NCBI GenBank assembly: GCA_963555985.3
Contig: OY820591.1
Coordinates: forward strand, 1,216,001 to 1,280,000
Reading direction: 5' to 3'
DNA: 64,000 bases
From: Dehalococcoidia bacterium
GTDB taxonomy: Bacteria; Chloroflexota; Dehalococcoidia; Bin125
A program made the translations under genes and the position numbers. Positions 46,537 through 55,604 of this stretch are shown here, in pieces. Every line of letters starts with the position of its first letter. Position 1 is the stretch's first letter. The notes under the pieces are model-generated. The model made no database searches. It was not told where the DNA came from and was given only the letters and a program-made list of their open reading frames with translations.

Positions 46537-48090
46537 ATGGATCCTGGCTTTCCCGTCCTCTCGCTGCTGATTTTCCTGCCCTTGGGCGGGGCGTTGTTGA
46601 TCGCGCTGCTGCCGGGCAAGCACACGCCGACGCAGTGGTTGGTGCAGAACACGCCCGGTTCGGTGCAGGACTACCCGAAGTGGATCGCGTTGGGGATATC
46701 GCTGGCGGCGCTGATTGTGTCGCTGGTGATGTTCATCCTGTTCGACCGCTCCGCGAGCGGGTTCCAGTTCGTGGACGAGTTCACCTGGATTTCGGCGGAG
46801 GATGTCGGCTTCAACGTGAACTACGCCTTCGGCGTGGACGGCTTGTCGATGCCGCTGGTGCTGCTGACCTCGTTCCTGAGTGTGGTGGCGGTGTTGGTGT
46901 CGTGGCGGATCGATTTGCGGACCAAGGAGTATTTCGCCTGGCTACTCGTGCTCGAGACCTCGGTGCTGGGCGTGTTCACGTCGCTCGACTTGATCTTCTT
47001 CTTCCTCTTCTGGGAGCTCGAGTTGGTGCCGATGTTCCTGCTGATCTCGATCTGGGGGAGCGGCAACCGCAACTACTCGGCGCTCAAGTTCGTGCTCTAC
47101 ACGGTGTTCGGTTCGGCGTTCATGCTGGCCGGGTTCCTGGCGCTGGGGGTGGCGGCGGACAGCTTCGACATCCGCGATATTCGCGCCGACGATCTGGCGG
47201 CGGCGTTCCTGCCGGCGCCGGCGATCTTCGCGTTCATCCTGATTGCATTCGCGATCAAGCTGCCGGTGGTGCCGCTGCATACCTGGCTGCCGGACGCGCA
47301 TACGGATGCGCCCACGGCGGTCTCGGTGATGCTGGCGGGGGTGCTGCTGAAGATGGGCGGCTACGGGATTTTGCGGCTGCTGTTCGATCTGATGCCGGAG
47401 GTGGCAGCGGATGCGGACCTGGCGCTGGCGATCATTGGGGCGGTCTCGATCGTGTACGGGGCGATTGTGACGATCCGGCAGACGGACTTGAAGCGGCTGA
47501 TCGCGTATTCGTCGGTCTCGCATATGGGATTCGTGCTGCTAGGCGTGTCCGCGTTGGGTGTGACCGGACTGAGCGGGGCTGCGTTGCAGTTGGTCACGCA
47601 CGGTCTGATTACGGGGATGCTGTTCGTGATGGTGGGGTTGGTCTACGACCGGACGCACACGCGGCAGATTTCGGAGATGCGCGGACTGATGCACCACATC
47701 CCGTTGCTTGGGATTGGGATGGTGTTCGCGGGCTTAGCGGGGCTTGGGCTGCCTGCGCTGGCGGGGTTCGTGGCGGAGATCACGATCTTCCTGGGGGCGT
47801 TCGGGCGGCATGAGGCTCCGGTGGCGGTGGCGCTGCTGGGCGTGCTGCTGGCGGCGGCGTACATTCTCTGGGCATTGCAGCGCACTTTCTTCGGTCCGCG
47901 CGACGACAACTGGTCTCACTTGCCGGACGCGAATCATTGGAGCGAGTTTGCGATCATCGGCGCGCTGATGGCGTTGATCGTGCTGCTGGGCGTGTATCCG
48001 TCGATCGTGGTCGACCTGCTTGAGCAGGGCGTGCGGCCGATCGTGGAGGGCATTGACGCGGCGGTGGCCGCGGCGGGAGGGGGCGGCTGA
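46537..48090 (+). CDS. nuoM: NADH-quinone oxidoreductase subunit M
   Basis: PLHTWLPDAH, LLKMGGYG, AYSSVSHMG. Confidence 0.97.
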   Translation: MDPGFPVLSLLIFLPLGGALLIALLPGKHTPTQWLVQNTPGSVQDYPKWIALGISLAALIVSLVMFILFDRSASGFQFVDEFTWISAEDVGFNVNYAFGVDGLSMPLVLLTSFLSVVAVLVSWRIDLRTKEYFAWLLVLETSVLGVFTSLDLIFFFLFWELELVPMFLLISIWGSGNRNYSALKFVLYTVFGSAFMLAGFLALGVAADSFDIRDIRADDLAAAFLPAPAIFAFILIAFAIKLPVVPLHTWLPDAHTDAPTAVSVMLAGVLLKMGGYGILRLLFDLMPEVAADADLALAIIGAVSIVYGAIVTIRQTDLKRLIAYSSVSHMGFVLLGVSALGVTGLSGAALQLVTHGLITGMLFVMVGLVYDRTHTRQISEMRGLMHHIPLLGIGMVFAGLAGLGLPALAGFVAEITIFLGAFGRHEAPVAVALLGVLLAAAYILWALQRTFFGPRDDNWSHLPDANHWSEFAIIGALMALIVLLGVYPSIVVDLLEQGVRPIVEGIDAAVAAAGGGG

Positions 48091-48092
48091 TC

Positions 48093-49559
48093 ATGAGCGA
48101 TGTCAACCTGCTCGGCCCGGAACTGGTCTTGCTCGCGGTGGGCGGGTTCCTGCTGGTCGCGGACTTGTTCCTCAAGGATCGGCGCATCCTGATGGGAGTG
48201 GCGCTGGCGGCGCTGTTCGGCTCGATCATTTACTCGGCGGTGCTGCTGAGCGAGGGCTTCATCGGCGATACCGCGTTCGGCGGGATTCTGGTCGTTGACC
48301 GGTTTGCGATTTTCTTCCAGATTCTGCTGGCGTCGGCGGCGATGGCGGCGGTGCTGGTGTCGACCGAGACGCTGCGGCGGGTTCCCTCGCGGCGGGGCGA
48401 GTATTTGGCGCTGATCCTGTTCTCGACGGCGGGATTGCAGTTGCTGGCGGGGACGCGGGATCTGATCGGGATTTTCATTGCGCTGGAGCTGACCTCGATT
48501 TCGCAGTACATCCTGGTTGGTTTCCATAAGGATCGCTGGGGTTCGGAGGCGGGGCTGAAGTACCTGCTGACGGGCGCGGTTGCGTCGGCGGTGTTGCTGT
48601 ATGGGATGGCGATTCTGCTGGGGCTGACGGGTTCGACGAATCTGAGCGAGATCGCGTCGTTCATCTCCTGGCAGGGGGAAGGGCGAGAAGAGGCGTTGAT
48701 GCTGGCGGCGATCTTCCTGATCGCTGGGTTCGGCTTCAAGGCGGCGGTGGCGCCGTTCCAGATGTGGGCGCCGGACGCCTACACGGGTGCGCCGACGCCG
48801 ATTGCGGCGTACCTGTCGGTAGCGTCGAAGGCGGCGGCGTTTGCGGTGCTGATCCGGGTGTTCTTTGAGGCCTTGGGCGACGATCTGCTGGCGGAGCACT
48901 GGAAGACGATCTTCGCGGGGCTGGCGACGCTCTCGATGTTCGTGGGCAATTTCTTCGCGCTGCGGCAGGACAACATCAAGCGAATGCTGGCGTACTCGTC
49001 GGTGGCTCAGGCGGGGACGCTGCTGATTGGTCTGGCGGCGATTACGGCGGATCGCTCGGAATTGCTCGGGGCGAGCGGGATTTTGTTCTACCTGGCCGGT
49101 TACACGGTGACGAACTTGGCGGCGTTCATCGTGATCATCCTGGTGGCGAATCAGCGCGGGACGTACCGGATTCAGGATTACGCGGGACTGGGACGGAGTT
49201 CACCCTGGCTGGCGGGGATTCTGGCGTTCTCGCTGATTTCGTTGATTGGCTTACCGCCGACGGCGATCTTCTTCGGCAAGATCTATCTGTTTGAGACGGC
49301 GGTGCAGAGCGGTCTGGCTTGGCTGGCGGTGATTGGCACGATCAATACCGTGATCAGCGCGGCGTACTACCTGCGTCCGGTGAAGACGATGTTCATCGAC
49401 TCGCCGGCGGAGGGCGAAGAGGCTCCGACGCTGCCGCGTCCGTCGAACAGTGTGCTGGCGACACTGAGCCTGGTGAGCGCGGGGGTGCTGGTGATTGGTC
49501 TGCATCCGGGGCTGGTGATCAACGCGGCTGAGCAGGCCGTGGCGGCGATTCTGTCGTAG
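48093..49559 (+). CDS. nuoN: NADH-quinone oxidoreductase subunit N
   Basis: EAGLKY, FKAAVAPFQMWAPDAY, KRMLAYSS, YYLR. Confidence 0.97.
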   Translation: MSDVNLLGPELVLLAVGGFLLVADLFLKDRRILMGVALAALFGSIIYSAVLLSEGFIGDTAFGGILVVDRFAIFFQILLASAAMAAVLVSTETLRRVPSRRGEYLALILFSTAGLQLLAGTRDLIGIFIALELTSISQYILVGFHKDRWGSEAGLKYLLTGAVASAVLLYGMAILLGLTGSTNLSEIASFISWQGEGREEALMLAAIFLIAGFGFKAAVAPFQMWAPDAYTGAPTPIAAYLSVASKAAAFAVLIRVFFEALGDDLLAEHWKTIFAGLATLSMFVGNFFALRQDNIKRMLAYSSVAQAGTLLIGLAAITADRSELLGASGILFYLAGYTVTNLAAFIVIILVANQRGTYRIQDYAGLGRSSPWLAGILAFSLISLIGLPPTAIFFGKIYLFETAVQSGLAWLAVIGTINTVISAAYYLRPVKTMFIDSPAEGEEAPTLPRPSNSVLATLSLVSAGVLVIGLHPGLVINAAEQAVAAILS

Positions 49560-49563
49560 TGAT

Positions 49564-50058
49564 GTGAGCCAAACTCCTCACCAGATCGCTGTTTCCGTTG
49601 ATTCTCAATATGTCCATCGCTGCGACGTGGAGAACGTGCAGGCGTGCGTGCGCGCGGCGTTGGAGTCGCGCAGAGTGGAGGGTGCGCGGGTGGTCAGCGT
49701 GCGGCTGACCGACTCGCGCACGATCCGCCGCCTCAATCGGCGCTTTCGGGGAGAGGATGTCGCTACCGATGTGCTCTCTTTCAACACTGATTTCGAGGGC
49801 CTCGTGCGACCGGACGGGGCAGCGGAGTTGGGCGAGTTGGTGATTGCGATCCCGGTCGCGCAGCGGGGGGCGAAGGAGCGGGGTGTGAGTCTGGATGACG
49901 AGTTGGCGCTGCTGACTGTTCACGGGGTGTTGCACCTGCTCGGCTACGACCACGAAAGCGAAGCGGAGGATGCGGAGATGCGCGAGTTGGAGCGGTCGGC
50001 GTTGGTTATGGCGGGCCGGCCGGAGGCGGCGCGTCCTGCGCTTGCGCGGATGTGCTAA
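49564..50058 (+). CDS. ybeY: rRNA maturation endoribonuclease YbeY
   Basis: TDVLSF, HGVLHLLGYDH. Confidence 0.95.
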   Translation: MSQTPHQIAVSVDSQYVHRCDVENVQACVRAALESRRVEGARVVSVRLTDSRTIRRLNRRFRGEDVATDVLSFNTDFEGLVRPDGAAELGELVIAIPVAQRGAKERGVSLDDELALLTVHGVLHLLGYDHESEAEDAEMRELERSALVMAGRPEAARPALARMC

Positions 50059-50076
50059 TATACGAACGTAGGTACG
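50053..50076 (+). promoter_or_regulatory. Extended -10 plus LexA/SOS box upstream of dnaX-ybaB-recR-recO
   Basis: TG-c-TAATAT-a-CGAAC GTAG GTACG. Confidence 0.6.
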
Positions 50077-50118
50077 GTGGATCTGTATGAGGACGATTCA
50101 GCGGGAAGGGAGCGCGAG

Positions 50119-51843
50119 ATGAGCGGGACGGTTCTCTATCGCAAGTGGCGTCCGGCTGACTTTGACGAGGTGGTTGGTCAGGAGCCGGTGGTGCGGACGC
50201 TGCGGAACGCGGTGGCTCAGGACAAGATCGCTCATGCGTATCTGTTCTGCGGTCCGCGGGGTACGGGGAAGACGACGACGGCGCGAATTTTGGCGCGGGC
50301 GATCAATGGGCGGACGATCAGCAGCGGCGGGGGCGCTTTGGATGGGAGCGAGGAGGACTTGGGCTTTGATTTGGTCGAGATCGACGCGGCGAGCAATCGC
50401 GGGATTGACGATATTCGGGAGTTGCGGGAGCGGGCGAACTATCAGCCGGGCTCGGCGCGGTTCAAGGTGTATCTGATTGACGAGGTGCATCAGCTGACGA
50501 GCGCGGCCAACGACGCGCTCTTGAAGACGTTGGAAGAGCCGCCGCCGCATGTGGTCTTCATTCTGGCGACCACGGATCCGGAGGAGTTGAAGCCGACGAT
50601 CTTGAGTCGTTGCCAGCGGTTTGATTTTCGGCGGGTGTCGGTTGAGGATATGGTGGCGCGGTTGCGGGCGATTGCGGAGTCGGAAGGGATTGGGATCCCA
50701 GATGAGGCGCTGCGGCTGATTTCGCGGGAGGCGACGGGTTCGCTGCGCGATGCGGTGAATCTGCTGGATCAGGTGTGGACGACGTGCGGCGATGAGGTGT
50801 CGCTGGAGGCGGCGCAGGAGGCGCTGGGGCTGAGTCCCGATGCGCGGGCGCTGGAGTTGGTTGGGGCGGCGCTCAAGCGGGACTTGGCTGCGGGTCTGTC
50901 GGTGATTGGGGCGGTGCAGTCGGACGCGATTGATTTCCAGCGCTTCAAGAAGCAGGTGGTGACGCATTTGCGGCATGTACTGCTGACGCTGACCGGGGCG
51001 GCGGGAACGCTGTCGCTGTCCGAGCCGGAGGAGGAGCGTCTGCGCTCGGTCTGTGCGGGCGTGGAGGCTCCGGCGGCGGTGGCGGCGTTGCGAGCGTTTT
51101 CCGATGCCGATGTGCGGCGGGATCCTTATCAGCCGCTGCCGTTGGAGTTGGCGCTGGCGAACATTGTCTATGGGCCGGCTCAGAGTCAGGCGGTGGCCGC
51201 GCCGCAGAGTGCGCCTGCGCCTGCGCAGCAGCGGCAGGGGCAAGCGTCGCGTCAGCGCCGTTCCGAGCCGCAGCGGTCGGGTCAGCAGCGCCGCTCGAGC
51301 GAGCAGTCTCGCCGGCGGGAGCCGGCTCCGGCTGCTCCGCAGCGCCCGCCGGAACCGGCTCAGCGTCCGCGTGCCGAGGCGCAGCCTGCTGCGAATCTGA
51401 GCGATGCCGAGCGTCTGCTTGATGCGTTGCGCGCTGCGCTGCGCCGCCGCAACCAGGGACTCGTGGCGACGATGCTCAACGGATCGTGCCGCGTGGTCGA
51501 GCAGACGGACGATGGGCTCGTGTTGGGCTTTTTCCCGAACTATCAGCAGGTACACATGCAGAGAGTGGTGGATGCGGGCGCGGATGTCTCAGCGGCGGCG
51601 TCGGAGGTGTTGCAGCGTCGTGTGACGGTGCGCTGCGTCGCTGTGGACGGCTCTGAGCCAAGTGCGAGGAGTGATTCGCCTGCTCCTGCTCCTGCTTCGG
51701 TACCTAGTCCTCCAGCCTCCGGCGCGAATGGGAATGGGGCGCGCGGGTCGGCGGCGGAGTCCGCTGCTCCGAAGCCTCCGCCGGGCAGCGCGATGGTGCG
51801 GGAGGCGAAGCGACGCTTTGGGGCGGAGGCGGTCAAGGCGTAG
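50119..51843 (+). CDS. dnaX: DNA polymerase III subunit gamma/tau
   Basis: LYRKWRP, GPRGTGKT, EIDAAS, DEVH, LKTLEEPP, SRC; Cys4 zinc module absent. Confidence 0.96.
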   Translation: MSGTVLYRKWRPADFDEVVGQEPVVRTLRNAVAQDKIAHAYLFCGPRGTGKTTTARILARAINGRTISSGGGALDGSEEDLGFDLVEIDAASNRGIDDIRELRERANYQPGSARFKVYLIDEVHQLTSAANDALLKTLEEPPPHVVFILATTDPEELKPTILSRCQRFDFRRVSVEDMVARLRAIAESEGIGIPDEALRLISREATGSLRDAVNLLDQVWTTCGDEVSLEAAQEALGLSPDARALELVGAALKRDLAAGLSVIGAVQSDAIDFQRFKKQVVTHLRHVLLTLTGAAGTLSLSEPEEERLRSVCAGVEAPAAVAALRAFSDADVRRDPYQPLPLELALANIVYGPAQSQAVAAPQSAPAPAQQRQGQASRQRRSEPQRSGQQRRSSEQSRRREPAPAAPQRPPEPAQRPRAEAQPAANLSDAERLLDALRAALRRRNQGLVATMLNGSCRVVEQTDDGLVLGFFPNYQQVHMQRVVDAGADVSAAASEVLQRRVTVRCVAVDGSEPSARSDSPAPAPASVPSPPASGANGNGARGSAAESAAPKPPPGSAMVREAKRRFGAEAVKA

Positions 51844-51876
51844 GGGCTTTTCGCATGAGTGGTCTCTAGGCCCGGA

Positions 51877-51975
51877 CTCCGTCATTGCCGCGCTCCGCTG
51901 CGGCAATCTCGAGGTGCTGGCGACGACGGTGCTGGTCACGGCGAGATACCCGCGGCAAGCGCGGGTATGACGGAG
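51877..51975. repeat. REPIN-like inverted REP doublet
   Basis: CTCCGTCATTGCCGC..GCGGCAATCTCG - spacer - CGAGATACCCGC..GCGGGTATGACGGAG. Confidence 0.88.
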
Positions 51976-52064
51976 AGGGGAACGGGAACGACGGAGACGG
52001 ATTTTGGGGCAGTCTTCGAGGAACAGTGGCGATAGACTGAGCTCACAGGAAATGGAGGGGGACG

Positions 52065-52454
52065 ATGGCGAAGAAGGGTGGGATGTTTCGGCCTTCGCGG
52101 CGCGGGGCGCGGGGGCAGGGGATGCGCGGACAGGGTGCGGCGGCAGCCGGCGGGTTTAGCCCGGACATGCTCAAGCGGGCGCAGGAGTTGCAAAGCCAGC
52201 TGGCGCAAGCGCAGGATGACCTCAAGGAGGCAACGGTGACCGCTTCGGTCGGCGGGGGCGTGGTTTCGGTCACGCTGGGCGGCGATCACAAGCTGCGCGA
52301 AGTCACGATTGATCCCGATGTGGTCGATCCGGAGGACACGGAGATGCTGCAAGACCTGCTGGTGGCGGCGGTGAACGAGGCGCAGGATCAGCTTGAGGCG
52401 TTGCAGCAGGAACGGATGTCGGGTCTGACCGCCGGTATTCCGGGGCTGGAATAG
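52065..52454 (+). CDS. ybaB: Nucleoid-associated protein YbaB/EbfC
   Basis: GGGVVSV, IDPDVVDPED.EMLQDLLVAAVNEA; between dnaX and recR. Confidence 0.93.
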   Translation: MAKKGGMFRPSRRGARGQGMRGQGAAAAGGFSPDMLKRAQELQSQLAQAQDDLKEATVTASVGGGVVSVTLGGDHKLREVTIDPDVVDPEDTEMLQDLLVAAVNEAQDQLEALQQERMSGLTAGIPGLE

Positions 52455-52480
52455 CGCGCGAACGCGAGGACGGTTCCGTC

Positions 52481-53110
52481 ATGCAGCGCTCGCCTGCCAC
52501 CGCTCCCACGATTGCGCGTCTGATCGAAGCCTTCGCTCGCTTGCCCGGGATCGGTCCCAAGAGCGCGCAGCGGCTCGCGTATCACGTCCTGCGCGCGCCT
52601 CGGCGGGAGGCGGAGTCGTTGGCCGAGGCCCTGCTTGCGGTCAAGGACAGTACGCGGTTCTGCCAGGTTTGCCAGAACATCACCGATGCCGATCCTTGCG
52701 CGATCTGCGATGATCCGCAGCGCAGCAACGACACGATCTGCGTGGTGCAGGAGCCGCTGGATGTGGCCGCGATCGAGCGCGCCGGCGTGCATCGGGGCCG
52801 CTATCACGTCTTGCACGGGGCAATCAGCCCGATGGACGGGATTGGTCCGGAAGACCTGAAAGTGCGAGAGCTCTTGGAGCGCTTGGGCGACCACTCGGTG
52901 AGCGAAGTGATTTTGGCGACCAATCCCAATCTGGAGGGTGAAGCGACGGCCGGCTATCTGTCGCGGGTGATTGGCGCGATGGGCGTGCGCATTACCAGGA
53001 TCGCACATGGTCTGCCGCTGGGCGCCGATGTCGAGTATGCAGACGAACGCACACTGCGGGAGGCGCTCACTCATCGCGTGCGGATCGATGACTCGGCGGG
53101 AGCTGACTGA
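52481..53110 (+). CDS. recR: Recombination mediator RecR
   Basis: LPGIGPKSAQRL, Cys4 zinc finger, EVILATNPNLEGEAT. Confidence 0.97.
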   Translation: MQRSPATAPTIARLIEAFARLPGIGPKSAQRLAYHVLRAPRREAESLAEALLAVKDSTRFCQVCQNITDADPCAICDDPQRSNDTICVVQEPLDVAAIERAGVHRGRYHVLHGAISPMDGIGPEDLKVRELLERLGDHSVSEVILATNPNLEGEATAGYLSRVIGAMGVRITRIAHGLPLGADVEYADERTLREALTHRVRIDDSAGAD

Positions 53111-53919
53111 TGCCGAACCCTCGGCTGGTGCGAACGGAAGCGATCGTGCTGCGGCAGCGGCCGATCGGCGATGCGGACAAGGTTTGCGTGCTGTTGTCGC
53201 CGAGCAGAGGCCGGATCGAGGCGGTGGCGAAAGGCGTGCGCAAGCCCACGAGCCGATTGGCCGGGCATGTCGCCCCCTTGAGCCGAGGGATGTTCGCGAT
53301 CGCGCCGACGCGCTCGCTCGACATCATTACGCAGGCGCAAACGCTGGACGCTTGGCCCGCGCTGCATGACGAGATTGATCGGTTGACAGAAGCGGTTGCG
53401 ATTGCGGAGCTGGTTGATCGCACGACTGAGGCAGAGCACAGCGCCGGTCAGCTGTACGCCCTGCTGCGGCACTCGTTCGAGCAGTTGTCGCAATTGTCTT
53501 CGCCGCGCTCGGTGCGTTGGTGGTTCACGCTGCGCTTTCTCGACGTGCAGGGATACCGGCCCGAGTTGGACGAATGCGTGCGTTGCCGCGCGACGGTCGG
53601 CCCTGACGGGAATGGATTCGCGGCGAACGACGGCGGTGTGGTCTGTCCGGGCTGTCATCGCGCGGGGGCCGGGGCGGCGCTGTCGTCGCCGGTGTTTCGC
53701 TTGCTACGCTACATGCGTCGGTCGTCGTGCGAGGCGACAGCGCAGGTGCGGGTCGGCGCGGAGTCGTCGGCGGAGTTGGAGCGCCACCTGCGTCTGTTGG
53801 TTGAGCAGGCGCTGGACGGACGGCTGCGTTCGCGCGGATTCGCGGAGGCGATGGCGCGGGCGGAATCGGTCGGTCGCAGCGCCGTGAAGCGAGAGGAATC
53901 GGATCGTGCCGCTGTATGA
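53110..53919 (+). CDS. recO: DNA repair protein RecO
   Basis: EAIVLR..DADK, AKGVRKP, GYRPEL..CVRC, GGVVCPGC. Confidence 0.93.
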   Translation: MPNPRLVRTEAIVLRQRPIGDADKVCVLLSPSRGRIEAVAKGVRKPTSRLAGHVAPLSRGMFAIAPTRSLDIITQAQTLDAWPALHDEIDRLTEAVAIAELVDRTTEAEHSAGQLYALLRHSFEQLSQLSSPRSVRWWFTLRFLDVQGYRPELDECVRCRATVGPDGNGFAANDGGVVCPGCHRAGAGAALSSPVFRLLRYMRRSSCEATAQVRVGAESSAELERHLRLLVEQALDGRLRSRGFAEAMARAESVGRSAVKREESDRAAV

Positions 53920-54349
53920 GTATCTGTGTGAAGACTGCGCGGGCATTTTTGAGGTCGTGCGGCCGATTCGGGAGGCGCCGGAACCGCAGCCGTGCCCGGA
54001 GTGCGACGAAGAGTGCGAACGGGTGATGCCGTCGTCGTTCTCGGCGTTCATCATGCGGCAGGGCTATCCGCGCCGGATTCCCGATAAGGGGACGTACTGG
54101 CATCTGGGCCAAGAGGTCACGTATCTGCCCAAGAAGGCGCGTCCGTATGAGCATCCGCAGGTGACCAAGCGGCGCGAACAGGAACCGCTGGGCAAGCAGG
54201 ACTATCAGGATCTGGTGGACAAGAAGATCCACGAGCGTCGGCTGGCGCGTGAAGATCGGCGCAAGGAGCGGGAGATCAAGAGGGATCGGTTGGCGCGGAA
54301 GCAGGTGAACGAGTTCAAGCCGCAGCCGCAGCCGACCAAGCGGGACTAG
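53906..54349 (+). CDS. FmdB-family zinc-ribbon protein with basic C-terminal extension
   Basis: MPLYEYLCEDC...CPEC. Confidence 0.85.
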   Translation: MPLYEYLCEDCAGIFEVVRPIREAPEPQPCPECDEECERVMPSSFSAFIMRQGYPRRIPDKGTYWHLGQEVTYLPKKARPYEHPQVTKRREQEPLGKQDYQDLVDKKIHERRLAREDRRKEREIKRDRLARKQVNEFKPQPQPTKRD

Positions 54350-54359
54350 CAGCGGGGGA

Positions 54360-54572
54360 CCCTCAGCCCCGCATCAAGTGCGGGGCAGGCTCTCTCCCCA
54401 AGGAGAGACGCGCGTAAGTCCATTGTTCCGTCATTGCCGCGGCAATCTTGCGGTGTTCGCGACGACGGTGCAGATGACGGCGAGATATCCCACAGGACGG
54501 GGACAGGCTCCGCGGCAAGCGCGGGTATGACGGAGCTTGGATTTGACGCAGGTCTGCAAAGGGAGAGGGAGT
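54360..54572. repeat. Nested repeat cluster (hairpin with 24-nt module, and REP doublet)
   Basis: Module 54368-54391; doublet 54428-54535 shares spacer GCGACGACGGTGC with the 51877 doublet. Confidence 0.88.
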
Positions 54573-55552
54573 CAGAAGTCGCGTTGGGTGATGAATTCGG
54601 CGATCTCGCCGAGCTCTGCGCGGGGGCCGCTTGCGGGGGCTTCGGCGAGTGCTTTGAGGCCTCGATCTCGCCACTCTCGGACGACGATCATGCAGCGTTC
54701 GACGATGGGTTCTTCGCGGGCGGCTTCGAGGGCGTCGGGGAGGCATTCGGCTCGGGCGTCGTCGTCGGGGGCGGCGAAGAACTTGGCGACGGGGTTGTTG
54801 TCGGGGTTGTCCTCCATCACGACGATGGCGGGGAGTGTGAGGGTACCGGCGGAGAGGTCGCCGCCGACGGGTTTGCCCAACTGCTCTTCGGTGCCGCAGA
54901 AATCGAGGATGTCGTCGACGATCTGGAAGGCCATGCCGACGCTGCGCCCGTACTCGCGGAGGGCGGCGATGGTGTCGGCGTCGCAGTCGGACATCATCGC
55001 GCCGCCGGCGCCGGCGGTGGCGAAGAGCGAGGCGGTCTTGCCGTAGATGCGGCGGTAGTAGTCGCGCATGGTGCCGGAGGCGGCGTCGAAGGCGGCGACG
55101 TCCTGGGCGAGTTCGCCTTTGGCCATGACCATCAGGGTGTCGGCGAAGAGTCGGATGACGCCGATGTGTCCAGTGCGGGCGACCAGTTCGGCGGCGTGGG
55201 CGAACATGTAGTCGCCGAGCATGACGGAGGCGGGATTGCCGAAGGTGGCATTGGCCGTGATCTGGCCGCGCCGAGTGTCGGCAGAGTCGATCACGTCGTC
55301 GTGGACGAGGGTGGCGGTGTGTAGGAGTTCGATCGAGGCGGCGAGCGGGATCTGCTTGTCGGGGTCGTAGTCGCCGAAGCCGCCGCAGAGGAGGGCGATG
55401 GCCGGGCGGAGTCGTTTGCCGCCTCGGGAGAGGACTTGGGTCAGCATCGCCTCGAGGGGGAGGAAGTCGGACTGGGCGACGAGGGAGAGGGTGTCTTCGA
55501 CGATGGCGAGATCGTCGGCGATGGGTTCGTAGAGTCGGGTGAGGGAGGTCAT
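54572..55552 (-). CDS. Polyprenyl diphosphate synthase
   Basis: GGKRLRP, HDDVID..RRG, KTA, FQIVDDILD. Confidence 0.95.
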   Translation of the reverse strand: MTSLTRLYEPIADDLAIVEDTLSLVAQSDFLPLEAMLTQVLSRGGKRLRPAIALLCGGFGDYDPDKQIPLAASIELLHTATLVHDDVIDSADTRRGQITANATFGNPASVMLGDYMFAHAAELVARTGHIGVIRLFADTLMVMAKGELAQDVAAFDAASGTMRDYYRRIYGKTASLFATAGAGGAMMSDCDADTIAALREYGRSVGMAFQIVDDILDFCGTEEQLGKPVGGDLSAGTLTLPAIVVMEDNPDNNPVAKFFAAPDDDARAECLPDALEAAREEPIVERCMIVVREWRDRGLKALAEAPASGPRAELGEIAEFITQRDF

Positions 55553-55604
55553 TGGGGATCAGGGTACTCTGGGCGTGTCTGTGGGGCATCGAAGGCGAGC
55601 GAGC

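Noticed and set aside
40901-48899. Long antisense ORFs (300-500 aa) opposite the nuo genes and elsewhere
   Set aside because: Expected in GC-rich DNA; Arg/Pro/His-rich, no motifs, fully overlapping clear genes
50119-51843. Programmed -1 frameshift or slippage in dnaX
   Set aside because: No A-AAA-AAG or poly-A run seen
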